DNA from: Acidobacteriota bacterium
Lineage (GTDB): Bacteria > Acidobacteriota > Thermoanaerobaculia > Gp7-AA8
DNA: 64,000 nucleotides
Assembly (NCBI GenBank): GCA_019244185.1
Contig: JAFATB010000006.1
Span: forward strand, 224,001-288,000
Reading direction: 5' to 3'
The notes under the pieces: model-generated
The model's input: only the letters and a program-made list of their open reading frames with translations
Database searches by the model: none
Told to the model about the DNA's origin: nothing
Shown: positions 23,401 to 28,097 of the stretch, piece after piece
Numbering within the stretch: position 1 is the first letter of the stretch
Layout: every line of letters begins with the position of its first letter
Made by a program: the position numbers and the translations under genes

Positions 23401-24428
23401 TTGAGCGCCTCGAGCGTCCATTCGGCGCTGCCGCGTCCCGCGGCGACGAGGAAGCTCGCGCCGGTGCTCTCGTCGACGATCGGCACCGGCTGCCCGAGGG
23501 AGACCGCGGGGACGACTTTCGACACGCGCAGCTGCGTCGGCGTGCCGATCGTCGCCGTGACCGAGTCGAGGCGGATGTTGCTGCCCGCGGGCGCGCCGTT
23601 GTCGACTTGCAGCACGACCGCGAAGAACTGGTGCAGCACGCCGAAGCCGGTCGGCACGACCAGCGCCGCCGGAATCGAAGGCCGCCCCGGCCGCCCTTCG
23701 TGATCGAGCCCGTCGCCGCCGTCAGGTGGTCCGCCATCGAGCTCGAACGTCGCCACCGAGGGCGGCTCGAAGCGCGGCGGACGCGCGTTCACCGGCACCG
23801 GCGGAATCGTGTACTGCGACTCGCGCGGCAGCGGCGTGACCTCGTGCGTGCGGCGGTCGATGATCACGGGATACGGGATCTCGACCGTGGTCTGGTCGAC
23901 GCCGAAGATGAACGTGTATTCGTAGACGTCGTAGTTGCGCGCGTCGACGACGATGCCGCGCTGGCGCAGCTCGTCGGGCGTCAGCTGTCGCACGCGCACG
24001 TGTGTCTCGAGCACGTCGCTGACGTTGATGATCGCGAACGACGGGACGGCCTGCTGGAGGAACGCGCCGTCCGCGCCGACGAGGCGGATGTTCTGCAGCT
24101 GATAATCCCCCTTCGCATGCAGCGCGGGGATCGCGAACGCGCGGCCGGGCGTCGTCGCGAGCGTGATCGGAGTGGTGATGCCGGGGCCGGTGAGCTCGCC
24201 GAGCGCGGAGAGCCCGTTCGCGGGCGGCGCCTCGTCGCCGGTCTTGCCGCCGAAGAGCGTCTGCACGTACGGCGGAACGTCGACGGCGGTGACGACCGGG
24301 TTGCGATCGACTTCCAGGCCGAGGCCGAGGATGTCGAGATCGGCTTTGGCGACCTCGCCGGCCGCGAGGGGGACGGCGAGGAGCGCGAGAAGACAAAAGA
24401 CTCCAATGCGTGTCTGACGGAGGCGCAT
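2496..24428 (-). CDS. Giant (7,310 aa) secreted multidomain surface protein/adhesin
   Basis: Uninterrupted 21.9-kb ORF with a signal peptide. Recognisable parts: carboxypeptidase-regulatory-like repeats, Big_5-like domains (DATPPRVLSIDPPANATSVSPSTPITITFSE), other Ig repeats, four Gly-rich modules, two LVIVD-repeat blocks, two W[IF]DDA domains, two discoidin/F-type-lectin domains (WWxVDL...GRYVRVQ...EVQVW) and a poly-Ser plus basic tail. Confidence 0.93.
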   Translation of the reverse strand: MRLRQTRIGVFCLLALLAVPLAAGEVAKADLDILGLGLEVDRNPVVTAVDVPPYVQTLFGGKTGDEAPPANGLSALGELTGPGITTPITLATTPGRAFAIPALHAKGDYQLQNIRLVGADGAFLQQAVPSFAIINVSDVLETHVRVRQLTPDELRQRGIVVDARNYDVYEYTFIFGVDQTTVEIPYPVIIDRRTHEVTPLPRESQYTIPPVPVNARPPRFEPPSVATFELDGGPPDGGDGLDHEGRPGRPSIPAALVVPTGFGVLHQFFAVVLQVDNGAPAGSNIRLDSVTATIGTPTQLRVSKVVPAVSLGQPVPIVDESTGASFLVAAGRGSAEWTLEALKAGTHSVNVEVNATYQQPGQPDFPLRGHVSTTLVVSDPRFQINFSHPDTVRKDERYTAYAFVTNLSANFQHVLLDLSQIPACTSGAAAENICREEGTAPTAELDLQPGEMKPVPYKLNSKITGKVFAAAGVANDETVGASVKLTMGVSATGIPLSPATLVLPYYARYLPSDFVDANMQLLGLGYSLATAPLTQATAKFPRVLKTDVFTRAQQIARAGQRIFVARRDLSASDPLENREPFFQLALDLLGNAERVDQANTAPELREWDDLRRAEESGRRAEAAMARQLETQAFSNGETPQQFVSEFAAATSHRTGFLFAYAHGANVDGAARPYAVSVTALATGTRADVPAEAAEGWIRTLPYAQLTRLNAGGDVGELALVGRWPNETLRVSVVPAAASFTLHLIYPDANDGVQLRTDLAITGATPGVAVDVDVVRGSHALVVKNAVGVATVNVVPQTPLRVIGAAQDLHLDDRGHIVSLLFNRPVRISDAATLRDQFALTVDVPKANYHVTRKNVPSDPNAQLQIPGAALQDDAKIINVTFDKALSRNAQYLLAVDAIHDISAPAVTFAVSDVVPRIDNDRPGAILTGLVLRGDNSVIPNVLVRMTGETGGEQIDVTGADGRFLYEFVPRDADSGIYGGYALSAEAEGKSAKLEGAVRLPGEVHTVNLQFLGRGRARGQVRYSDGEVVADVDVTIGSTMFDQVRHGRTDAAGNYDIGDLPVGPLTFSVFDNDGRPTFAANQIRVAGEVVTQDLVIVKRDAPGLGSVRVIVRRSDTNAPVAGALVGVWAQGYALRDGSTDADGTFLFSGIPAGVVSVLAADFGISRNGAGVEVELRPDQTLEQTLVLSVPAPNVETATLEGVVIRDDPAAPGDASKDAPAAGAIVTIDRVSPVTTNPDGSYTIADLPLSAAERRISVFDPATGRRGYFSVPTLVAGSNHFNMKLRSTEPAGTATMRIRLYGPQGEPVTGYRVIWPGFPATSFTPRGDGVYELPDMRVPQQVDVVAVPSGGNSPYGDQAASGNVRVDFGGQVGVTDLHLPGSGTIVVRTEIEQPCSTPPCYAQVLGPIAMSYSVWDEAEQGFRPKTFEGTPDSETGLVTFHNVPARQNVGLSTVRNPAGFAAGQAYLAYDGDVRNVTLRLSTIGDVTGRVYAHDGVTPVSGATVRLYTDRATYAPAITNPDGTFRFAAVAAGTPFTIVADLERDGVYRTGIVGGATPGGGGPVSNLVIVMRTQSTVEGQVLDQNGVKVPLARYWLRELAWPYRAIGTPQDPLQADINGRFVVSNVFTGDFRITAVDPTNQELRGDYQGHLSDEGDATQRSVQVRIGGAGTGAVSVTVTDPLLGFAKVANAEVALLRGSGRFDFTSTNDNGVAFFDGVPVGRYTIVAYSKSAGRAGHAVDFDVAAGSTVPVTVQLEFRGLVSGTLTDPESEPTPGLPSKGMPVQLQATGSSAAASTDVDGAFVFNGVPEGPFSLIAYEIGSLRRAVGPSGLFISTLVPEQKNIHLELERTATLTVRVHLPLDNGAAGDLAPLAEVTVWQGDLIWGPVPYYRGQQGNPTIFRKMLASSGYGFEVRELGGEGRVVKGGGGFGGALEKTEDVVLPTSGTVEVHVLDGSGNPVEDAKVDLFAPGIGNRTMFTPSTGSVTLPGVPFGWITASASKGNVTASGGGSLVSRSQPLQLTLNLGSNASVEGGVDAEIGNGTPSAGTRVLLLVTSRLSQPLRLETLTDANGAYRFTGIPVGGTTLAFTFYGPDDTTIGATRTVPVADGTTGTIVVPRVRIDATPPRVLSIDPPANATSVSPSTPITITFSEQLAAAYLNGSWFQLLATDDSSLVACTVEPSVRPDGTFIVKLVPPPPGAGQKFPLKSNVLYRLAIPAGIQDTTGNPMLTAVGSSFTTVNYTEPAVLKVDPAETEPIPASATFRVKFNKAIAANSFEIGGVVRLENLDAYKGNAVEVLPISAFPDPADATTFVIAPRGVAIAESSFYRLTVSGARDTQTPPNVQKDDRVFEFFSFDTKKPIARITSSDDNLVSELLYTASVRVTDDGTDDESNDIAYVDWLDANGTAIARVRTKPFAYSFAAPAATTTGSTFTLQAVATDLSGNSSPAPDVHTWNVLPNDPPRDILVTNTPDAAYPTHAVHTTVAFHDEGLKVTLALELRGTATNGDALHQIVGSQNITRPSTAVPFPDASFDWTLPATLKDGAATLVVTATDSVNKSGIAEVPLTVLADTTKPEIVAFTPKAETHYQYNTASGSYTIELQVRDAETGIARATISVGGVAQSGVTSSFDSATGITTFRKSVTVPPRNADTRVPVAVSVYDQRDNVTTDTHEVIYDRVDDATIPTAAWITPLDGAALPANQSDWLTTLRVRATDDVKVTSVRFESTALAAPVDATLRAGTSDVFEARVAFTFPADRTPFTVKAIVDDADPSHSVELPITIDPVDVDRVISANINISSITADQYANRSVLVRGVRVYVSVPLALKDLVLVDGAVLSNPEETKLDLTIADHLFVDADSRVDLTGRGYLGGLHGREDRTPGNASRLGRTRSGNGAANADASYGGIGGSYVGTTNATYGSITDPVDFGSGGGAQPSGGDRPGSNGGGAVLLRGGSGLARFVLAGPVLADGEPPSGSTFWMLGSGGTISLRAHALITGPWTRISANGADGGAENNLDRGAGGGRIELRASDRFEVALSAIQARGGRHTGADNEAHVDGGAGTIYLVRPGATLGELVVSSFDDRVPATAHRTAATPIGGGAFDSITIGPRVLARFDSEPSGTLTVDPSASIVRPNDPFALTLVSSDPAAGSSVAQNTTITVHVTAESASGIRQLRATLGVQPVDVFAYPNFVSPLGDTTLTIAIPNDAPLGATTLKLYATDRAGRVAESAPLAFNIIHNAAPVIDAFDVSATETYANHNIDVSAAASDDVAVTSLALASSQGSVTSGTATRPTPQTMTRTFSVAIPSSAPSGSDVTLTLSALDDVPGRIATTQTKTVHILKDTLAPSLAVATPQPNAQLQEGTGATFVVEATSSDAEVAVQRVTVTFDGVTSDLTYAGGDVYRRTLNVPSVDGSEPIAKTLTVTSIDYDGNTESRTLTVYIKPLVDPNAAALAWVCASPNASYPLGYEFPLRVTATPSSPSNGVERVEFSINGATPVLASRIGGSDQYEIRYTIPGGTANDTSFDVRVTATSAGGNQAVLLGSFTAVANAIDVSTRSVVTPLDAGYQNRDVVVRAGGDLVLSGEQHLRNLIVLDGGKVEQQQVADGTPLPVVSVQRLFVACGGAIDVSAQGYPGVTAYPGSATPTDSSGGGHIGRGGEWSPPGGGTYGSIEHPAEKGGGGHTIDPNYATTGGGVLRLDVETFVTVDGAIRANGIDNDTWGPGAGGSVYLTTRGRLAGGGSIEARGGGDNNNRGGGGGGAIAIEYGSLGGTIADHLVARGGRTNSGRPGAAGSVFIRANGAALGDLVIDNAGFGTGVETDLPWLGAHTIASVSNGTATLANRAYIQPFQVGNWARVVAPDGTIRGTYRIASIENDPQAATPSASFWFGNDQIAYDGYLVYRPGGFVEGRKIAMTKFENGQWSYDNDDGRPFVPFTPDASDRVFASFRKNSPHIYDVRRLTCGTTCGSIGGIAVAELVGGSVYANAYGGIYSGNVVRYVDTEFSEFLFAFDTDWRNVTLVRTAPRITLASTDGSPVVMQPGDQLRGVYRFNHVTVRGGAHVLSRDTIESANAPAVAADSSLVTNASGPAIDASKVTIEQGRTGPVLAGAAGAVRDAEGVDVFARNTARPALPATAELLQNASFIELAPNRGGLRLQKIPNFNQAPGTIETPEVGDSAYLTFNDRSPNNLAFIGVANHYFHFPTGNRWEVWPNGAWANSGFTQGTLDASTRFRLEKTPDSVQWYVNDALVYELKTVVPPSAKFTFGFRDDWMYFDNVEFYSTAYGTRTRPSAADGSFRVPFDGAAGDAVTIAARDRNVFRLTTGEISIGAIPANLGVASVTFPGEVTGGGSTTGTVTLRAPAGSEGVLVLLSTTSSAVAIPSSVVIPSGATTATFNVATTPVANAVSAPIAATWGGVSVTGTLQIVKDHTAPSIAVTSPVPNAAFTEGQSAPIVVTATVTDTDSGVKRVFATLDGNTYELAHGSGDTYSAQLPVPFVDGTQDVTRDLVVSAEDNNGNSGSANAIPLVIHPVVDANAPSLAWQCAGSDALFPAGYAAKLRVVAKAPTPANVIRKVELTVSGTTVQAAPLGNDVWEATFTVPDLADGTQLPTHVVATTASGTTASVDGSFTVMKGAVEIRSSGTITAADSAYEHRSIAVFDGVTLTIAGAHTFDRVALLGNAVLAPMQEQPLAISVSTLYVACGASIDATAKGYTNRGSYPGVPGVNGDEGGGHIGRGGGEADDHRTYGSVDRPQEFGSGGTDTGGGWGGGAIRVNATNVVVDGAIRANGATDAGSGLGSGGGGSVWITTARIAGGGSIEADGGSGACSTGGGGAIAIEYSDPSSVVPAAYARPGAFAGCTRAAGGAGSVFIKRSGATFGDVTFDAKGRANDRVELEGIGSGLALAGSTGATLVTDRATDVPAYFAGHWIRITAPDGTVKGTWRITAISARTLTLAPNGSESINIVAGDQWQGLYRFDTVTARDVTIVSWDPIEATTYDVFGTVAATRVSATGVVVHAQSTLTHPTGGSLTIDAANEVRVDAGGAIDTTARGYTLRGSYPGVAGVGGEEGASHIGRGGKVASLKTYGSIDRPSEAGGAGTDTGIASGGGVVRIRAARVTVHGAIRANGANTGQSTLGAGAGGSVWITAGSVTGSGSIETIGGDGCASGGGGAIAIETTDSASALPALLARAGHTGGACVTAAGAPGSILLHRAQSTYGELTIDAAGVATSAITDLPSLGNGVAQNGSNGATLVTDFNVLPFFAGHWVEIANANGVKGVWRIAATNGNILTLAPNAGESMDIQPGDAWYGVQRFDTVRLFGARLQSADRVDTASLSEDGASSHLYNSGAPQFPAAKRAQIAVTSTSNGDAIVALAGAVVDPDTPIHVVATNLRTGQATTPVDAAADGSFTIPLVARAGDTFTVRATDTHAFPLASPSIPVAGTIVEQNGLGALGIAPANVVAGTSATGTVQLLQPARSAGVVVALASSSGAATVPPTITIAGGATSAQFTIATPSSPNAANVTITATLGTTTKTATLHVLATGTYTTTVTGRVLDERAHAVANAAVTCDTTSVATDASGFFSIANMPATGAITCNATLTLADGTTLSGASAATTPVADGITNVGDLVLHSSVVVTQLSQSSWGVDGSFRARNVVRDGTTLLVSGAGGGAGNGDSDRIALLDVSDPDHPAFVRSLSAGNTAIYDVAAVDGWAYIASYDFCTVNYANPSATKNCYGSIGALSLALVNRYMYVATNSDYRLRVYDVADPANARLIREQAMVPGSGFGSFFWRLIDLGNGYLAGLSYSGHDLMIFDVRDVNNIVTVADLDLPDFRTSRGRLNGKTLYLTNAYQTAAVDVSDPAHPVVLSRAIHTDDGSEGIAIVGTEAFPAAGSYGLAQYDITSPAAPFFERTIPFGGTARDVLFYANHAYVANDLGIAYAKLPVAPQVSAVDLTLTRGASDTAVHGRATAVSGAAPLTVTVTNRTTGATATGFAVRADGSFDASIAASSGDAIDVTAYDVVGRASITTNAGFVPFGASMTDFPFGGGTYRARTVRTDGHWLAVAKWADEGISGSNNELAVFDISNPAAPVYKWTLAAAEGSSYGLAVRDGWAYVGSYDFCTIDLTSSTSTRHCVGLDAGDLGVAVAGNYAFTSVNFGHNDGRIRVYDVSNPASPHLVHEQDTTPGTQLESLLAFGDDYLVATQAPSHDVIVIDHRDVNNLVKLADVDIPNFSAFRGAISGDTLYLAGYGDKIAVVDLSNPASPVVKSVFSNGAMTQGVAVSGNRAVFGGLMLGALFYDITDPNAPRYLGRQQTSGNAFDVALVNGVLYVANEQGLVTIPEGVAFTGNSGAPQFPQSKRAQIVVTSDAGGDFVTGPAGAVIDPDTPIHLAAKNVRTGAIYSGPAASDGSFRISVGGQGGDAFTLTATDSHVAPLSSTVAVNGAIVDANQLSTLTIEPSSVNAGESTFGTVRLATPARSSGIVVTLTSSASSVTLPPSITIAAGQTTAQFSIATAASTSNVTATITARYQQTKIAALNVAGTNGALASLALDANAVEGGASVNATVTLGSAAPAGGALVSLAASTTQLHVPPAVLVPAGTSQVTFTVTTDRVGAATTASVFATYGASKSASLTLNACATLASVARPSSTPLATMWIDDAPPSGANASGDATFDATQVAAGSLALHFAAGSGARSWTFANAAPMSVQPDDNLVLYALVNPCDPPRQILATWSDGTTQWRASWGESRLTPAATQVQLAALPAGGVWTRLEVLASSLGITSATNVNSLTISVDGGEAWFDAIGDAACVLGKAAKPSYLPGETVWFDDALPAGGVERTPFDWSSAQAASGTLSMNVPNGGGSHQSHFDSASATMTLGMDDVIVVYALIDPCAPPRELMLEFNDGGWSRRVYWGDDLVAYGTDGTVERRRMGSMPKAGEWVRLEIPVSSMQMAGMSLRGMSFVIYDGQAWFDRVAKVTRVNLAYHKPTSMSSWLSVNGREAAAPSPCPYNCAEYPVDGDMYSYAHTGNAPQEWWQVDLGAVQPIDAIDVWNGGFNMCCQERLSRFWVHVSDTPFTSGDLNATLAQSGVTSYFYYPNAQRPSTFDVRRTGRYVRVQLSGQEYLHPAEVQVWAPVSPQRVNLSAGRKATQSSTYQDYGPWLAVNANTNGVLGSEYSINHTTANLEEWWSVDLCSVQAIDSIDVWGRLDWPPHFLTNFYIFVSDEPIAGSTTAEALADPKVAAYYYGTPVLIGGKTFPIGRTGRYVRVQMTASSQFAINLAEVQVWSSLQTLRALATPSAPKAAALSSSSSSSSSTSTQSRFDFANAYRRNAHGRAAGLR

Positions 24429-24449
24429 GCAGGTGCTCGGCGCGGGCGG

Positions 24450-25307
24450 CTAGTGGGATTCGGGTTGAATGCGGGAGGGAAGCTGATCGAGCTCGCGGAG
24501 CTCGCGCGCGACGCGGACCGCCGGCGACTCGACTTTCCGCGCGCCCGGCGGAATCAGCTTGAGCTCCTCGGGCGCGAGCTCGCTGCGCACATCCAGCACA
24601 CTGTTGCGCATCGTCACGCGGGAACCGGCCGCGTCGATGGTGATGCTCGTTTCGAACGGCAGCGCGTAGTCGTCCTGCGCGGCGATGCCGTTTGCGGATT
24701 TCGCGCGATGCGCCGGATCGCCGTTCGTGGCGACGCGCAGAATCGCGTCGTGCTCCTCGCGGCGCGGATTGGGATACGCCGCGCCGATGAGGACCTCGAG
24801 CGCCGCGCGCGAGAGACGCGTATTGCGGTCGACGCCGATGTCGAGGGTGAGCTTGTCCGCGCCGTCGCGCGAGAGCTCGAACGAGTCGAGCGAGCGGCCA
24901 TTGCGCGTGCCTATTGTGCCGCGCGGCGTCGCCGTCCACGCCGCCGCGGATTTCTGTTGGGTCGCCGCCGGCTGCGCTTTCGCCAATGCATCGAACGGCG
25001 TAATGCTGTAGGTCCCCGCGCCGCGATCGATTTCCGTCAGCTGCTGCCGCGCATAATCCGCAATGACCACGCGCGCGCCGTTGACGGTGACGACTTCATC
25101 GCCCGCACAATACTGCTCGAACGTCGTGACCGTCTTCGCAATGGGATCTTCGACGCGCCGCACAATGTGCAGCGGCCGCGGGAACAATGCCTCCGCCGCC
25201 CGCACACCCGGCACGAACGCAGACACCACCACTGCCGCGCCGGCGACGAGCCGCACGAACAGTCTCCCCCGCCACACCCCCGAAAACACGGGCGTTTTGG
25301 ATTCCAC
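24450..25307 (-). CDS. Secreted hypothetical protein, DUF4412/LolA-like beta-rich fold (tentative)
   Basis: The likely start is GTG 25307 after an AG-rich RBS, rather than 25409. It has a signal-peptide-like N-terminus (...RLVAGAAVVVSAFVPGVRA/AEA), a central VIADYARQQLTEID...TYS segment and a C-terminal ELKLIPPGARKVE reminiscent of DUF4412-type proteins. It ends 21 bp upstream of the giant ORF. Confidence 0.7.
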   Translation of the reverse strand: MESKTPVFSGVWRGRLFVRLVAGAAVVVSAFVPGVRAAEALFPRPLHIVRRVEDPIAKTVTTFEQYCAGDEVVTVNGARVVIADYARQQLTEIDRGAGTYSITPFDALAKAQPAATQQKSAAAWTATPRGTIGTRNGRSLDSFELSRDGADKLTLDIGVDRNTRLSRAALEVLIGAAYPNPRREEHDAILRVATNGDPAHRAKSANGIAAQDDYALPFETSITIDAAGSRVTMRNSVLDVRSELAPEELKLIPPGARKVESPAVRVARELRELDQLPSRIQPESH

Positions 25308-25348
25308 GGATTGTCTCTCTCTCTTGGTTGGACCCTTGTGAGCCGCGC

Positions 25349-25377
25349 AGGATAGACGATTCCCCGGAAGTCCGCAA
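25349..25377 (-). promoter_or_regulatory. Candidate sigma70-type promoter for the giant-protein operon
   Basis: Minus strand reads TTGCGG-N17-TATCCT, with the -10 element about 40 nt upstream of GTG 25307. Confidence 0.4.
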
Positions 25378-25555
25378 CGGCTTTTTTCGGTAAATGCAAC
25401 GATTGCCATTGTGCAAAACGCGACGCGTCCACAGTCAAACAGCAGCCGAAATCAGGCTTCTATCGCGTAAGACGCGTGACGACGATGCGGCGGCCGCGAC
25501 TCCAATCGTGACGCACCTCCTTGACCGCATCCCCGCGCGCTGCTAAAGAACAGCC

Positions 25556-26434
25556 ATGCGACAACTCGGTCTCGTTCTCCTCGCGCTCGCGATGGCTCTG
25601 CCTCTCTCCGCCACGGAGCCCAATCCTTCCACCGCGCAGCGCGCGGAGCTCGAGAAGCTGCTCGCGGCCATGGACATGGACAAGTCGATGCACGACACGA
25701 TCGACGCGATGTACAAGAGCATCGAGCAGCAGTACGCGCAATCGGCCGAGGCGAACGGGAACGATCCGGAGGACGTGGCGGAGGCGAAGGAACTGTTCGC
25801 GGCGTTCCGCGAGCGCGCGGCGAAGATCGACTTCGGCGGCGACCTGCACGAGGCGGTGGTCCGCCTCTATGCGAAGTATTTCAATGAGAAGGAAATCGCG
25901 GACCTCACCGCGTTCTATCAGTCGCCCACCGGCCACAAGGCGGTGACGCTCATGCCGCAGCTGATGACGGACGCCATGCAGATGGGCGGACAGCATCTCT
26001 CCGCGAAGATCCAGCAGGCCATGCAGGAAGCGCAGGACGTCGTGGAGAAGAAGCGGCCGTGGCGCCGCACGACGAGCGACATGCGCGGCGTGGCCGCCGC
26101 GCTCGAAGCGTGGGCCACCGATCACGACGAGACCTATCCGACGGGCGACTACGCGTCGCTCGAGGCGGAGCTCACGCCGACGTACATCCGCGCGCTGCCG
26201 AAGAAGGACATGTGGGACCACGAGTACGCGTACGTGGTGTCGGATGATCACCAGCATTACCGCATCGTGAGCGCGGGCGCGGACTCGATCTTCGAATGGG
26301 ACAGCCGCCGCATCCCGCAGGAGAGCAGCAGCGCGCGCGCCGCGACCGTCTACCGCGACCGGCTCGAAGACGATCTCATCTACGGCGACGGCGAGTTCGT
26401 CCAGCTGCCCGTGCAGGCCAAACCGAAACAGTAG
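25556..26434 (+). CDS. Secreted DUF2059-domain protein fused to a GspG/T2SS pseudopilin-like C-terminal domain
   Basis: Signal peptide; DUF2059 signature YAKYFNEKEIADLTAFYQSPTGHK; C-terminal DMRGVAAALEAWATDH..YP...PTYIRALPKKDMWDHEYAY...YRIVSAGAD matches the GspG-type globular domain pattern. Confidence 0.75.
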   Translation: MRQLGLVLLALAMALPLSATEPNPSTAQRAELEKLLAAMDMDKSMHDTIDAMYKSIEQQYAQSAEANGNDPEDVAEAKELFAAFRERAAKIDFGGDLHEAVVRLYAKYFNEKEIADLTAFYQSPTGHKAVTLMPQLMTDAMQMGGQHLSAKIQQAMQEAQDVVEKKRPWRRTTSDMRGVAAALEAWATDHDETYPTGDYASLEAELTPTYIRALPKKDMWDHEYAYVVSDDHQHYRIVSAGADSIFEWDSRRIPQESSSARAATVYRDRLEDDLIYGDGEFVQLPVQAKPKQ

Positions 26435-26543
26435 CGACGCGCGCCCGTAGAACTGCACAATTGCGACACGCCGGCCCAACCAACGGCCGCGGCGAACGTC
26501 TGTAGAGTCGAACCCCCGATTCCAATCAAGTCAGGAGTGCAGG

Positions 26544-28097
26544 ATGCGTAAGTTCGTTGTGGCGCTGATGCTGCTCGCGAGCCCCTTGCTCGCGCAGGAT
26601 GCGAAACCCGCCGACAAGCCGGCGGATAACAAAGCGGCGGCGGAGAAGCCGCCGATGAAGTTCGTCAAGCAGCACCGGATCCGCATGGGCGGAGAAGACG
26701 TCGCGTATACGACGACGGCCGAGGAGATCTTCCTGAAGGATGCGGCCGGAAAGAACACGGCCAGCTTCTTCACCTTCGCCTACACCAAAGACGGCGCGCG
26801 CGCGGAAGACCGCCCGCTGACGTTCGTCTTCAACGGCGGCCCTGGCTCGGCGTCGGTGTGGCTGCACTTCGGCCTCGTGGGACCGAAGGTCATCGACATC
26901 CCGAGCGACGCCTCCGATCCCGGCGCGCCGCCGTACAAACTGCGCGACAACACGTCGTCGATCTTCCGCGCCACCGACCTCGTCTTCATCGATCCGATCG
27001 GCACCGGCTACAGCCACGCCCTCGGCGACAAGAAAGACGAGGACTTCTGGGGCTACGACGAGGACGCCGACTCCGTCGCCGACTTCATCCGCGCCTTCAT
27101 CACGCAGCACAATCGCTGGAACTCCCCCAAGTACATCCTCGGCGAGAGCTACGGCGGCATTCGCTCGTCGATGCTCGTCCCGCGTCTGCAGAACGACTAC
27201 AACATCGGCCTCAACGGCGTCGTCCTGATCTCGCCCGCGCTGAACATGGGCACGCTGCCGTTCGTCACCGCCGGCAACGACCTCACCTTCGCGACGCATC
27301 TCCCCGCGCTCACCGCCACCGCGTACTACCACCACAAGCTCCCCGACCAGTCGAAGGACCTCGACACGCTGCTGCGCGAGGTGGAGAAGTTCGCCGGCTC
27401 CGAGTACCTCACCGCGCTCTTCCAGGGCGACGAGCTCCCGCGCGCCGACAAGGAGCGCATCGCCGAGCAGCTGCATCGCTACACCGGCCTCTCGACGCAG
27501 TACATCCTGCGCAGCAACCTGCGCATCAACGCGATCCGCTTTACGAAGGAGCTGCTGCGCGACGAAGGCAAATCGCTCGGCCTCCTCGACGGCCGCTACG
27601 TGCAGGACGAGCTCGACGGCGTGGCCGAGTATCCGGACGGCGATCCGTTCGGCGCGAAGACCGGCCCGATCTACATCTCGCTCTTCCAGCCGTATCTGCA
27701 CGACGAGCTCGGGGTCGAGACGGATCGCCGCTACTTCCCGCAGAACGGCGAGGCGAACGGCAAGTGGAAGCGCCCCGCGAATCGCCGCGGCGCGTTCGCC
27801 GGCTTCGTCGACGTCACGGGCATGCTCGCGCAGGGCACGAAGGACAACGAGGCGCTGCGCGTCTTCGCCGCCGCCGGCTACAACGATCTGACGACGTCGT
27901 ACTTTGCGACGCGCTACATGCTCGAGCACAGCGGCATCGATCCGAACCGCCTGACAATCAAGGACTACAAGGGCGGGCACATGATGTATCTCTACCGCCC
28001 CTCGGCCGACGCGCTCTCGGACGACATCGTGGCGTTCATCCGCGCCGGCGCGAACCGCCCCGCGACGACGACCACCACGGCAACGACGACTCGCTAA
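26544..28097 (+). CDS. Secreted serine carboxypeptidase, peptidase family S10
   Basis: AGGAG RBS, signal peptide, motifs FNGGPGSAS, DLVFIDPIGTGYS, catalytic GESYGG, and GGHMMY. Confidence 0.93.
   Translation: MRKFVVALMLLASPLLAQDAKPADKPADNKAAAEKPPMKFVKQHRIRMGGEDVAYTTTAEEIFLKDAAGKNTASFFTFAYTKDGARAEDRPLTFVFNGGPGSASVWLHFGLVGPKVIDIPSDASDPGAPPYKLRDNTSSIFRATDLVFIDPIGTGYSHALGDKKDEDFWGYDEDADSVADFIRAFITQHNRWNSPKYILGESYGGIRSSMLVPRLQNDYNIGLNGVVLISPALNMGTLPFVTAGNDLTFATHLPALTATAYYHHKLPDQSKDLDTLLREVEKFAGSEYLTALFQGDELPRADKERIAEQLHRYTGLSTQYILRSNLRINAIRFTKELLRDEGKSLGLLDGRYVQDELDGVAEYPDGDPFGAKTGPIYISLFQPYLHDELGVETDRRYFPQNGEANGKWKRPANRRGAFAGFVDVTGMLAQGTKDNEALRVFAAAGYNDLTTSYFATRYMLEHSGIDPNRLTIKDYKGGHMMYLYRPSADALSDDIVAFIRAGANRPATTTTTATTTR

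Noticed and set aside
25314-25324. (AG)5 tract at the RBS as a phase-variation switch
   Set aside because: Too short to be reliably hypermutable, and explained adequately as a purine-rich RBS.
18588-25355. 2,255-aa plus-strand ORF, and similar long ORFs at 2880-5720, 7956-12044, 14976-18500, 41102-45109 and 56747-60847
   Set aside because: They are antisense shadows of real genes in high-GC DNA: Arg/Ala/Val-rich, with no motifs and no RBS.
25310-25555. Possible riboswitch (for example c-di-GMP) ahead of the giant operon
   Set aside because: No GGCAAA...GAAA...GACGCAAA core or other aptamer signature was recognised on either strand. A covariance-model search would be needed to exclude others.
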